64,000 bases of DNA, taken from the NCBI RefSeq assembly GCF_009914755.1, contig NC_060930.1. One strand, written 5' to 3'. Below are positions 1-15,040 of this stretch, piece by piece (positions within the stretch are counted from its first letter, which is position 1; every line of letters begins with the position of its first letter). The notes beneath the pieces were generated by a model. The model was not told the origin of the DNA and did not search any database. It saw nothing but the letters and a program-made list of their open reading frames with translations. This DNA comes from the human T2T-CHM13v2.0 reference genome, Homo sapiens. The position numbers and the translations under genes are program-made.

Positions 1-614
1 AATATAATATCTTCAAAGAGAGTACTTGCCTTAATGAGAATTTCAATGATTTCTAGTATAAAAATATTTTAATCCTCCTTGAATTCTAATCACTTATTTT
101 CATCTAGAAATTATATGTGACTATAGTGATTATAAATTAAATTGTCATATTTTCAATTATTCTCGCCTCACATTCAAACAAGTAAAATGGAATAAACAGT
201 AATTATTTTATTAATTCAAGCAAAAAAAGGTTTTTTGCTTTAACCGTTTGGATCTTTTCCTTCTTGGTGGCCTGAATAAAGCTGCTGTTTCCCATTTTCT
301 ACTAGTGCATGTGTGTGCATGTGTAGAAGTTTGTGTGTGTACTTTTTAGGAAGAAAATTAAGCCTCTCCTTCCCCCTCAAAACAAAAGTAACTCTAATCT
401 ATAGACTATTGCTAAATCACTGCTGCTCCTTTATAAGTCACTTGTCTGAATCTTAGTTCTTGGTGATGCTTGTCTGCCCCATCATTCAGGAAACATCTGT
501 GAATCTTTAATCTCACTCTTGAGATTGTGATGCTCCCAAATCATCCAAAACAAAGAAGTATCTGCTTTATTCTCAACTATCTCAGTGGTTCTAACCACTA
601 TTGTTTTTGACAGC

Positions 615-958
<344 letters not shown>

Positions 959-1537
959 TAATTATAGAGGTAGTATGTTTGCCAGTTTCTAGCCTGGTTA
1001 TTCTAATTTAGTCAATAAGCAGAGCAATTCAGTTCAACAAACATTGGTTGAGGTAGCAGAGAGGAAAAAACATTTTCTAATCCTTTTGTTTTCCATGTTT
1101 CCCAGGTAGGTGGTCACTTTGAGAGGTGATCTATCCCTCTGTTTCATTTCTCTTCTAACTCCTGTTATTTCCTCTTCTTTCTCTTTATGCCTGTTCCACA
1201 AAGGTCCACTGGTGTTTCTCTCAGTGCCCAATACCCAATCTCACCTCGTTTCTTAGACTAAACCAAAACTAAAATATAAAGTATTTAAGGGGCCTCAGAC
1301 TCATTGACCTCACCCCAAACCTGCTCCATCCCCTGGGCCATATCTTGTGACTCCTCCACTGTTGGGCTGGCCTAGGACACAATACATCAACATTATCACT
1401 GGGCACCCACATTGTGTCTCAAGTCACCTAGGCTGCTAATCTCACCAAGCACAGTTCTCAAATCATCCTACAAGAAGTAAGACCTCCCCAGATCTTGAAG
1501 TCCAACCCACAACCCTGCCATTAGGAGGTTTACTAAC

Positions 1538-1978
1538 TGTTTTAGTCTATTTTCTGTTGCTTATTAAATAATATCTAAAATGGGTTAATTTATAAGAAAA
1601 AGGAATTCATTTCTTACAATTCTGGAGGCTACATCCAAGGTCGAGGGGCCACATCTGGTGAGAGCCTTCTTGCTGGTAGGGACTCTCTACAGAGTCCCAG
1701 GGCAGTATAAAGTATTACTTGGAGAGGTGACCGAACATGCTAATGTGCTAGCTCAGGTCTATCTGCCTTTTCTTTTAATGCCACCGGTTCCCCTCCCATG
1801 ATAATTTATTAACCCATTAACTCATTAGTTCATTAATCCATCAATGAATTAGTCCATTCATAAGGGCAGAGTCCTCATGACCCAATCACCTCTTAAAGGC
1901 CCCACCTCTCAATATTGCCACACTGGGGTTTAAATTTCCACATGAGTTTTGTAGGGGACAAATATTTAAACCATAGCA
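1538..1978 (-). mobile_element. MaLR solo LTR (MSTC/MSTD-like)
   Basis: TG...CA termini, typical MST motifs (cacctcttaaaggccccacctctcaat), 5-bp TSD-like ctaac/ctacc. Confidence 0.8.
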
Positions 1979-4039
1979 CTACCTAAGGTTAGAACTTCTC
2001 CATCGTGACTTACTTAAAGGACTTACTAGTGTCATCCATCTGGACACCCCAGCACTTCTATTGGGATGTCATTTTAAATGACTTGTGCCATCTGGTGTGA
2101 TTAGAGATTGCTGAGCCCTTGGACCTACCTTGTCCCAAATTTCTGCTTTCATCAGCAGTCAGATCTTGCCATCATTTCACACCACCCCACTCTGGAACCT
2201 GTTCTATCCACATGGGTAGATCTAGTACCTAGCTTAAATCTCTCTGCCTTTCCATAGTGTCTGCTTTGTAGGAGTCCCTATGTGCTCTATCAGTGCTGAT
2301 CCAACAGGTCAAATACACTTAGGGGAAAAAATGGAAAATAGAGAGCAATGTATATAGCATGTTATATTTTGTGCAAAACGGGGGAATAGTGTGTGTATAC
2401 ATATATATGTAGATGCATTAATAAACTATGGAAATATACATTAAAAACTAATAATAATTACATGTGGTAAGGTGATAAGGGTGGGGGAAATAAATGTAGG
2501 AAACACAAGCCTTTTACTGTGCACTTTTTAATACTTTTATTTTTGAGCTATGTGAAAGTATTGCCTATGCAGAAATTTTCTGAAGACGGAGGAGTGGTTT
2601 AAGTTGTATTGTGACTAAAGTTAAATTGAAATGGTTTAGGTATCCATGTCTAATTGTTAATGATTTTCTGATGTGCTGTAAACTATGCAAACAATCCTGA
2701 TTGCATTGTCAGAAGGCTACTGTTGTTTCCAAGTTACCTTACTGGGCCATTCTACTCTTTTTGCACAGACTCTTTCCCATGCCTACAAAGTTTTTCCATT
2801 TTTTATGCAGCTGCAGTCTTCTACTCGTCCTTTAAGATCCTGCTCAAACAGCTCCTTTTTTGTGATCTCTGCCCCAGGAAAGTTGTTTATTTTCCCCTGT
2901 GTTGCCACTTACCTTGAATGTACCTTGAACTCAGTACTTATTGTACTGATTTACAAGTCTCCTTCCTTGTCAGACTAGGAAGCCCTAAGGATCAGACTGC
3001 ATTTGTATGACTGGAACATTATTTATAAATTTTTTTTCATGAATGAAATGCATATATTCACAGTTTTTTAAAAAGTAGAAAATACTGCTGTAACAAATAC
3101 ACAGTATTTCAGTTCTAGTATGAACTTTACTTTTGTTTAGGCTTTTGAAGGTAGAGCAGGAAATCTCACCAAATACAAACACATAAGCCTGCTGCGTGCA
3201 GCAGAAAGAGAATAAGGTAGTTTCCAGAGCATGATACCACCCTTCTCCTCCCGCACATGGGACGTGGAGGTGCCAAGATGCAGGTGAACACAGAGCACAG
3301 TGGCATAGGAAGCAGTTCACTGTCCCCAGAAAAACCTGATATTACTGAGTGCAGCAAGCAAGAGCTGCCTTTCCGTACACACACAGGTTCACAAGTTGGG
3401 CATTCTCCAGGCTGGAGGACGTTGCTTTGGTATCCTAAGTATGGCATTAAAGACTGGGACACTATATCTCATGGCACACTATATCTCATAAAAGCTAGAT
3501 ATCTTATATTGTATGAAAAAGATTGGTTGCCTATGTATAGCCAGCTTTGGAAAAATCCAGGTTATCTATATTTATTTGTGATGTTTCCATTTGAAGGTAT
3601 TATGGTCACCAGGATGTAACAGGAAAGCTCAGTGAGTGATGTGTTTTGCTTTCCACCACAAGTAATGTGTTGTCTTCTTTGAGGCACTGACTATGGGTGC
3701 TCTTTATTTACATATGTATAAATAAACATATAAATATACAGCAGCCAGTCCATTTCCTGTATTAACTCAAATTAGAAGGCTTTATCTGTTGTAGGGTGTT
3801 TTTTTAAGAAGAGCATGGTAATATATTTGTTATTTCTCTTCTAAATATTATATTAGCTTGCTGCAAAAAAAAATTCCAAGAATACTAAACTCATAAAATA
3901 AAGACTTAAATTCTTTCCTCACCCTGAGAGGTAACTATTTTGGTATGCCTCTCAGGGTAAGGAGAGAAAAAAGTCTAAATGGACTAAACAGAGTTAGTCC
4001 ATTTGTGGGTTTTTTTTTTTTTTTTTTACTAAGAAATCT

Positions 4040-4850
4040 TTGTGATCATCTTCCCATGTCAGTCTCTATAAAAATGCCTCTTTAGAATTGCTGAGTAGTG
4101 TTCCATATGTAGAATATGATGGATGTACTATCACATAGTTTACCACTCTTTATTTGTGAACATTTGAGTTGCTTCTACATTTTTTTTCTTTTATAAACAA
4201 CACCATCTCTATGCTTTTTTTGGTCAGTTATTTTTGCGGGATAAATTCCCTAGAAGTGGAATTGCTGAATCAAAAGCTTGCATATTTAAAAATGTAATAG
4301 ATACTATCAAATTGTCCGTTGAAAAAGGTTTATCAACTTACACTTCCAACAGTAAATAAGTCTGTTTTCCCACCACTTTATGAATGTTATATATACTAAT
4401 ATTTTCATTTTGCCAACCTGTTGGTACCTCATTGTTTAAATTTGCAGTTCTTCAACTAAGAATGAGTCTGAGCTCTTTTGTTTTTGTTTGTTTGTTTGTT
4501 TGTTTTTTTGAGACAGAGTCGCCCAGGCTGGAAGCTCTGCCTCCCGGGGTCACGCCATTCTCCTGCCTCAGCCTCCCGAGTAGCTGGGACTACAGGCGCC
4601 CGCCACCATGCCCGGCTAATTTTTTTTTTGTATTTTTAGTAGAGACGGGGTTTCACTATGTTAGCCAGGATGGTCTTGATCTCCTGACCTCGTGATCCGC
4701 CCGCCTCGGCCTCCCAAAGTGCTGGGATTACAGGCGTGAGCCACCGCGCCCAGCCAGTCTGAGCTCTTTTGTACACTTATTGGCCACTTGTATTATTTCT
4801 TCACTGAATTATCCTTTCATATTCTTTGCTCATTTTTGTATTGCGTTGTT
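4040..4850 (-). mobile_element. Old L1M fragment interrupted by an AluY
   Basis: L1 3' motifs such as agaagtggaattgctgaatca and tacacttccaacag. Confidence 0.6.
4482..4755 (-). mobile_element. AluY with internal deletions, 17-bp TSD
   Basis: AluY diagnostics (cacgccattctcc). TSD agtctgagctcttttgt at 4465 and 4756. Confidence 0.9.
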
Positions 4851-5241
4851 TACCTTGCTGAAGATATTGTGCTAAAGTGATAATCATTGGTATTCAGAGC
4901 TGATCAAAATTATATTTTTATATGGGACATTTTTATCTTCTTTGTAAGTTTTTTGGAAAATATCTTAGTGTGCTGTTATCCAGTCAGGGTTTAAATTTGT
5001 TGTGTGTTTATGGGGGTGGGGAATTGTGAGGGGGAAAAATTGTAATGAGAAACCCAGAACGCTGCCCTGCCCTTACTCTAGAGAGGATATCCAGAGATGG
5101 GGAGCAGGAGTGGGGCTTTTGAAATCATGTTTTGTGGTCACTCATATGCAATGAAACTAGATGAAGGTCTCAGAAGAGTAACTGAAATGCTCCTCCCTCT
5201 CACTCACTCCAGTTCTGCTCCTGCGACTTTCAATCCCTTTG

Positions 5242-5588
<347 letters not shown>

Positions 5589-6251
5589 TGAAAAAATATT
5601 TACAATTGCCTCTGATTTAAAGCATCAGGAACTGAAAGCATTTAAGTTAAATCCTTTGGGATCCTATTTCCATCTCTAATCAAGACAGGTGACTTTCCTC
5701 CAGGAATACTTGAGTGGTAATCACCCTGACCAGCTGCCCATGTAAGGAATTGCTAATGATTCTAAACCATGGGGCAAATACAAAGCTTTATATAAGTGGT
5801 AATTACTGTTATTGTTCTCTGACATCCTTACATTTCAAGCTGAGTTCCTTCCAGCAAATGTAGTACAGGAGAAAATTAAAGCTCTGGTGACATCATCCTC
5901 ATAATAAAGAGGAGTCACTGGCCAGAGATGCTCACTTGTGTTTCTGAGGCCATTGAGAGAGGATCTTATCATCATTTTGACTGGAGAGATGAAAACTTGG
6001 GGGTTTGTCTTCTTTTGAGTTGTTATAGGGTCTTTCCTAATCGTGATAGAATATTTGTTTTGGTCAGAAATCCCTCACTGGGGGAACTCCCTTCTATTGC
6101 CAAGAAAAAAGGCCACTGGCTGCAGTGACTCACTTGGGACTATTGGCACCATATTGGGGTGCACATGTAGCTCCGGACACTCCAGCTCTCCTACAAAACT
6201 TCCTGTTCTCTCTCGGGAAAAATAGGAAGGCTGATCCGATCCAGAGCCTCC

Positions 6252-6404
6252 ATGGGGGGTTCAACCTGCTGTGGGTGTGGCTGTGGCAGGTGCAATGGGT
6301 GTGCTAATAATCGCAGCAGGAACATTGACTCTCGGCATAGGCGTCCTGACTCCTGGAATCGACATGAAAATCCCAGAAACAGGTACTATGACCGGGATCT
6401 TGAG
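6252..6404 (+). CDS. Candidate alternative first coding exon of CRYBG1 (51 aa, MGGSTCCGCGCGRCNGC..., acylation-type N-terminus)
   Basis: ATG at 6252 (+4 G), 51 open codons, consensus donor GAG|GTAAGT at 6405. Phase 0 is compatible with the acceptor at 55917. CpGs are locally retained and no repeat similarity was recognised. Confidence 0.6.
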
Positions 6405-6601
6405 GTAAGTCCTTGATGAGGAAATCCTTCTGAGGCATTGATTTGTCCAATATTTCTTTAGTGATGTTTGAGTATTGATGATTGTCAATCAGCATGTATT
6501 AATATTATGCAAGGCTAACTAAGTATTTCAGTCTCATATATTTGAAAATATCCTGGCAACTGTCTATTAAGATACTCATTTAGCTATTCTTTTTTTTCTG
6601 A

Positions 6602-6918
<317 letters not shown>

Positions 6919-7331
6919 TTTTCTGAGTTTTAAACAGTGTTTTTGCAGCTGGTTAGAGTTTAACTAGCAAAGTAAGTAAAAGTAGTTCCTGCTGGGTTAC
7001 GTTCTCTGAGACTTAGCCCTTACACCAAGTTTTTCAGAACCTCTAATGCTAGAGAAAGAAACAAGCTACTTTATATTCTCTCAAAAGCCACTTTCCTTTG
7101 GGCTGGGCTCATTTGCAGCATACCAAGTTCTTATTTGAATCATATGGTAATAAATCACAAAGATGCTTTGAGAAGTGGAATAATTAGTTTAAGATTCTGC
7201 ATCAACAGCTCATAATTGCTTTGTGTATACTGGACTTGACAGGTGATGTTGTCTTAAGATTGAGTGGCGAATCAAGATCTTAACCCAGACTTTACTCATT
7301 ATCCCCAATTCCTGTTTGTAAAAGCTAATGT

Positions 7332-7623
7332 GGACAGGCTCAGTGGCTCACACCTGTAATCCCAGCAGTTTGGGAAACCAAAGCGGGAGGATTGCTTGAG
7401 GCCAGGAGTTTGAAACCAGCCTGGGCAATAAGCAAGACCCTATCTCTACAAAAAAATTTTAAAATTAGCTAGGTAAGGTGGCCCATGCCTGTAGTCCTAG
7501 CTATTTGGGAGGCTCAGGTGGGAGGATCTCTTGAGCCAGAGAGTTCAAGGTTGCAGTCAGCTAGGATGGCACCAGTACACTCCAGCCTGGGTGATAAAGA
7601 CCCTGTCTCTAAAAAACAAAACA
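7332..7623 (+). mobile_element. AluJ
   Basis: Diverged dimeric Alu, ggaggattgcttgag. Confidence 0.85.
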
Positions 7624-8658
7624 AGCCAGTGTGCTGTTTTAGTATTAAATCTTCTGTCCTGTGCTATTATTCGTACAAATAAACCTGAGGCAGGAAAGAA
7701 AAAAAAAAAAACAACAACTTCTGTCCTACTTTGTAAAGTGGGAGGTGGCCATCACCACCAGCTTGAACTCACCTTTGATGCTTGTTTTTCCTTCTCTTCT
7801 CTACTTGTAATAGTATACATTTGCTTTGTTTTGCACATGATGCCTTTGAAGCTATTGGATGGAATGTGTAGAATGTTTGTCACCCTAGTTTTGTAATGTG
7901 TTCTAGGAAAAAGCATGCCCTTTAAACTTATGATCTATTCTTTATTTTCCCTCTCAGGGTGCTGATTATCATATAACCCATAATTTAATGAAATAGGTAA
8001 TTGATTTTAAATATATGTGTTTGTATGTGTATAGATATGTGTGTGTATGAAGCACACTTTTGAAAAACATCTGAATGCTGAAGTGACAGTTGGAGATGGA
8101 ATAAAACATTTGATGTTGGCAGTTTGTTGAGCATATCAGTCAGATAAAGCCTTTAGTTGTTTCTTGCATTTAAGACTGCAGGAAAGGGATTTAGTATTTT
8201 AATTATTCTGTTTATTCCCATGACTACTGATTTTACTCTCATTTTCTGTTAGTGGACCTTTGATGTCACTCTGCCATTGTGCCTAATGACTCTTTTAGAA
8301 GCTTTAGTCAAATACCAGCTACAGAGAGGCCAAAAAGTCACTGTGTGTAGATTCATGTCCATGGCTAATTATTGGTTAATTATCAGTTACCAGTAGATAT
8401 TTTAAATAATTTTCAACCAGTCACATGAAAGAAAATCCCCAGAAAAACATGGGGAAAAACCAAAATGTGTGAGTGGAGGACAAATGGACAACTGTAATTT
8501 AAATGCTTAGAGCCTTTGTGACAACTTGTGGTTGTGGGACAGCTCTCAATGTGACAAACACAACCAGCATGAGCAGCTGCAAGGCAACCTGGGTCTTCTC
8601 CGTAGACACTGGGCCTGTCTAATCGAACGCCCTTCTTGACTTCAAACAAAGATCTTAG

Positions 8659-8983
<325 letters not shown>

Positions 8984-11588
8984 CTATTCATGGAATAAGA
9001 TCCCTAAATAATGAGAAACTTTTTCCTATTTGATTTTGTTTCATTAGAATCTTAAAATGAAGATTTCCAACTTAGAAAATGAGAGAATTAGGGACTGTTC
9101 TGAGCATTGATGCTATAACTTCTAATTTAAAGCATTTCCCTAGTGATGACAGTACCATTAAAACCAGTGCAGAGGATTTTGCCCTTAGCTTTCGCTCATA
9201 ACCTTTGCCTTAAATAACTAAAAAGAATATCAAAATACTTCTTCCGAGAATTAACTTCAAAGAGTTTAGAGAATTAAGTGATATTTCACCAAAATATATA
9301 TGTTAATTCAAAATATTGAATTTGTTCAGATATTTTACAAAATGACAATATGCATCATAAAAATAAAAAATACCCTTAAAACATCTTCTTTGCTTTTCTA
9401 TTTTATTTTAAAATGGCACTTATCTAAACTGGCAATAGTAATCCAGTAAGTATCTGTGAATGCAAAAAATATACCTGATCAATATTTATTCATCTTTAAA
9501 ACTCTGATTAAATATTATCTTATTTGCGAAGTTCCCCTAATTCCCAGCTGGCATTGTCTGACATCTCCCATGTTCTCATGGAATTTTGTAATATCTCAAA
9601 TAATTTATCCATATTATTATTCGGAAATTACATCTCTTCTCCACGTGACCTTTTGCCTCTCCAGGGCGGGGAACTAACATCTTATTGACACCTATTACAG
9701 TGCCTGGCATATAGAAGACTGTAAAACTGAAGTATAAAGCACTGAATATGGCCAAAAGACCAGAGTTGCGATTTCAGCTCTTCTCCAGACGGCCTGTGAT
9801 GTCTTAGGTTAAGTCATTCATCCTTTCTGGGCATCAGCTTTTGTATCTATAAAAGAGGGAATGGGAATTGGATTAGATAGTGCTCTGTGGAGCCCTAGGC
9901 ATTCCTTTGAGGTACCTCAGGGCTGCAACAGGAGGAAGGAGGAAGCTGAGGGGAGAGGAACTCAGGCTTGCAAGCTCCATACCATGTCTTCACTCAGAGA
10001 AGCTCATCTCTATCTGTTTTGACAGATCGCTGAATCCGTGTAGATTTCTTTGGAGTAAAATGTTGTACTGCTGGAAAAAAATCTTAAAAACAACTGGACT
10101 AGATTATGTATAATGTTTTTCCACCTCTAGTATCTAAGATTTTATGTAACCGTTTTATTAATTCATCTCATTATTATGTTGCTTTTTAAAAGAAACTGTA
10201 TCACATTGTTATCATTAACTTGTTATTTATACCCTGCCCTCTCAAATACAGGTCTTTTTTTGCTCTATTTTTACTTAGCCAGCTTGTCTTTTATATCTTG
10301 TAATTACTCTTTAAACCTGAGCAAGTTGCCCATCCCTATTGGATTTTCTTTAGTTTGTAGAATCACTCAAATTTAATGAATTGTTTTGAATTTTATTCTT
10401 ATCTATCTGTGCATTAGCAACCTTAAATATCTAGATTCATCCCTTCCTTCCAGTCATTTGTAAAGTCACTGAATAGAATGATATTCAAGTTGAAATTACT
10501 GGGGGCACAGATATTTGAACAAGCTAGTATTCTGACCTTCCTATGTTGCTAGCTGATCTTGCAAATGAGTTGTCTTCTCTACCTTCATATTCTTTAAAAA
10601 AGGATATTTGAAATAGCAAATATTTTCAAGGTTACGAGTAAATATTCAATGGCTATCACCCAAAGTACTAAGTGCAGCCTGCCATGTTTTCACAGCATAA
10701 ATAGTAATGAAGGAATTAGTAGGTGGATTACAGGAGAAACAGAAAGGAGCACCAGAAGGTCAAAGTATATAAATAAGGAGAGGGATTCAAGTACCCATGT
10801 GCTCAACATTCATTCAAAGCTCACTGAAAGTCCCTAGTGCTTCTGCAATTTTAATGCTAACATTCTGCCAGTGGCTTATCCTTTGTTCCTTATGTTTGGT
10901 ACATGTGCTATTTATTTATTCACTTCGTGCCTGTTAATGAGGTGTCTTGGGAGTTTCTTCTTTCAGCAAAAATGGAAGGGAATGAAAAGGGAATTGTTGG
11001 AAGTACATTAACTAACTTTGTTACATACATTACCGACAACTTAATCTAAACCAAGCCTTTAGAAATGAAAAATAAACTAATTTTATTTATGAATAAAGGA
11101 AAAGATAGTGTATTTAGTTGCATTTAATACTGTGTTGTTCTTTCTGTCTTACAATTAGGAAAGGTATCAGAATCAAGGTATCAGTTGAAGACATAAGAGA
11201 ACAAGTTAAGTAGAATGTGTTTGGCTACAGAGAATGGTACAGAAAGGAACCTTAGGAAGTAGAATTTTTTTAGGAATAAGTGTAGGGTAGAGCCCAATCT
11301 TTAAATTCAGACAAAGAAATTGCTGTAAGATTTTGAGCAAAGACATATTTGTGATAAATGAAATATTTCAGAGATGGCATTAGTATTTCTGACATGATGG
11401 AGGAGTTGGGTATAGAGAAATAAAAAGCTTTGAAAGCAGATGGGAACTGAAATCTCAGAAACCGACTGAGAGGCCGCTAAAACAGTATGGGCTTGTATTA
11501 AGATAGAGGCTGTTGAGTGGGATGAAGTCAAGAGATTTCATGATAAATTACATGTAGAAGCAAAAGTGGATAGAACAAAAAGATTTTA

Positions 11589-12023
<435 letters not shown>

Positions 12024-12982
12024 TTATTCTTTTAAGAAAATGTTGACTTTGAAGTAGTAACTTGAAAACCAGGTAGAAAGTTTTAAGACTAACAGAGCAG
12101 TACAGAGAAATATATTTAGAATATCATAAGAACAAATTAGAAAGAGAAGAATTTCTAAGCTTTTTCTCTTACTTTTTTTTTTGTAAATTAACATCAAAAT
12201 TTATTTGCCAGCAAAATCTGACCTGAACTGATATGAGGTAATTTATTGCCTTTAATTGTCCCACTAAGAGTAAACAGTTATACATTTTTGCTGCAGGAAT
12301 ATTGACATATTATGATATTTGCATATAGTACATTTCCAAAATCTGAATATTCCTACTTTTTAAGTACTTCTGGCCTCAGTGAGCTTTTCACCAGGGATTA
12401 TGGTCCTGAAGTAGGTTTAGAGAAAGAGTGGCAGGGAGGGTGTCTTAAATGAGGGAGTCTTACAGAATCACACATAACTGGGGGTCATCTGTAAGTGTTG
12501 AATAAATGGTGAGAGTGGAATACATGATTAAACTGAAAAAAGACAAATATGATACTCACACCAGTAGAAAGTAAAAAGTAAAAGAGGAAATTAAAGAAAT
12601 AGCTAATGAAGAGGATTTTGGATTTGGCAAGAAGAAGGATATTGTTGAATCTGTCCAGCTCTTGACAGTTTCGGGAGTCGAGGAAGATAAGCAATAGGAA
12701 CTGGAGCAGGAGCCTGAGCTTTACGTACAGGTTGAAAGAGGGGTAAACCCTGGGAAGGGAAAGGTTAACGGCTGTCAAAGGGGTAGCACAGTTAAGGGAA
12801 GGGCTGCATACTAAGATGGGACAAACTAGGCAGTTTTAGAAGCTGGCGGGAAGTCATCAGGAAATTGATGGCTGTCCAAAGGCCCAGGATGAATTAAACA
12901 CTATAAATCTAAAATCCAGATGTGTGCAAAGTACTATTTGGCCGTGACTATCTTCTTATTTAACACAATCTAAAATTTCCTA

Positions 12983-13183
<201 letters not shown>

Positions 13184-13399
13184 TTACTCTCCCAGAAAAC
13201 ATGTAGATGTGATACATGAAATGCACACAAAAAATCATTTGTCATTATTTTTCCCAATAATATGCAAGTAGTGATTCCAGAACCATCTAAAGACAAAACA
13301 CGACATTGTAAGGGTCTCCTAATTGGTCTTCTTGCCCCCTTCTTTTGTATTCTTACTCCCTATGCTTCTTTGTACACAGATCAGCCATCTTTTTATCTT

Positions 13400-13945
13400 T
13401 TTACAGGATGAATCAGATCCAACTACTCCTCTGCATGTAACTTTCCCAGTGCTTTCACACACTTGGAAGAGAGCGTTCCATTTCTCTGTGGTTTTACAGG
13501 CCCTGCGTGGCCTGGCTCCTGCCCCTGCCCAACTCACTGGCCCTCTCCCCACCACTCACCCCTCACTCTGCCTCAGCCACATGGGAGCAGTTACTTGAAC
13601 ACACAGAACCCTTTCTTGCCTTAGGAATGTGGTATTACCTATTGGCTCTGCCTAGAATGCACTTGCCCCTGTCCTCACAGAACTGATTCCTTCTTATTGG
13701 TCACAGCTTAGCTTAAAGTCACCTCTGTAGAAAAGCCACTCAGACATGACTGCCTCAACCTACATGAGTTATTTGCAGAGTACATATTACTGTACGATGT
13801 TTTCCTGCTTGCTTGTTGTCTTTCTCTTCTACAATATAAATTCCACAAAGCAGAGATTTTTGTCTCTTTTGTTCATTGCTTTATCCCCATTCCTACTACT
13901 ATGTCTGGCACATATTAGGTGCTTGGTAAATATTTCTTGAATGAA
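13400..13945 (+). mobile_element. L2 3' fragment
   Basis: Ends with typical L2 tail tctggcacatattaggtgcttggtaaatatttcttgaatgaa. Confidence 0.7.
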
Positions 13946-14635
13946 GAAATGTTTTCTCTGTACCTTTTATTTTCAACTTAATTTCCTTAATGATTTTATT
14001 TCTCAAGGACTACTTAATACTTAGTAGGTATTCAGGAGTTTGTTCAATTTTTTGATTTGGTTTGATTTATTGATTTCAGTTGACACAGTAAATAGAGAAC
14101 ATTGCTTCTCTTTTCTACAGTTTTGTAATCGTTGATATTAACCATCCCTGGGCAGTCAAGTCCAAAACCTGTTTTGTTCCCTTGTGCCACAATCTTCCCA
14201 TCCACTGCCCCACTTAATGGCATTAAAAGAAAAAAAAAGAACTTTCTTTGTAGCTATCTTACATAACAGAAAGTCATTATTTTTGTTAGGAAGCAGTTTT
14301 GTAACCAACAGCTTTGACAACTCTGCCCCAAGGCCCATGAAGACTCAGTGTGATGGGAAGGCCTGGAAGAGTTATAGGCAGAGGAGTAGGAGATCTCATT
14401 TATGCTATGGGGCTGTCACTTGTGCCGACAGAGTAGAGGGTGGGGAGTGCAGTGTCTCTGCTGAGCATTCAGGCTGCCAGGCCAAGTCCTGACTTTTCCT
14501 CGGGGACAGGGCGCTTCCCTCCTCCCTTTGGTCCCCGAGGTGTAGGTGCAGTCACTCCTCTCCAGTCTGCCCAGCAATAAGCTGGTAAACACAAGGTTCT
14601 GTGACACACCCAGAAGAATTTAAAATAATTCTCAG

Positions 14636-15040
14636 AGCCAGGTGTGGTAGCTCACTCCTGTAATCCCAACACTTTGGGAGGCTGAGGAGGGAAGATCCCT
14701 TGAACCCCAGGAGGTCAAGGGTGCAATGAGCTGTGTTCACGCCACTGCACTCCAGCCTGGGCAACAAAGGGAGACCTTGTCTCAAAACAAAACAAAACGA
14801 ACAACCCTCAGCCTACCATTCCTTCATTGGACTGACAAAAAATTGGCTATACCTAAGGAGGAAAAGAAATATAAATTAAAAATTAGCCGGGCGTGATGGC
14901 GGGTGCCTGTAATCCCAGCTACTTGGGAGGCTGAGGCAGGGAATTGCTTGAACACAGGAGGTGGAGATTGCAGTGAGCCAATATTGCACCACTGCATTCC
15001 AGCCTGGGTGACAGAGCAAGGCTTCATCTCAAAAAAAAAA
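14636..15040 (+). mobile_element. Two Alu monomer-length pieces (14636-14800; 14880-15040)
   Basis: Alu motifs, each piece with an A-rich tail. Confidence 0.8.

Noticed and set aside
3257-3289. MGRGGAKMQ|GTGAAC phase-0 mini-exon and the 120-aa ORF
   Set aside because: Mediocre donor and no supporting promoter features; compatible with chance
3459-3489. 14-bp tandem duplication acactatatctcat
   Set aside because: Ordinary slippage duplication with no further structure
5823-6495. Processed pseudogene or endogenous viral remnant (including the - strand PATATPTAG ORF)
   Set aside because: No recognisable parent protein, poly(A) or TSD. The + strand ATG-to-donor reading explains the composition better, though a tblastn/blastx search was not possible.
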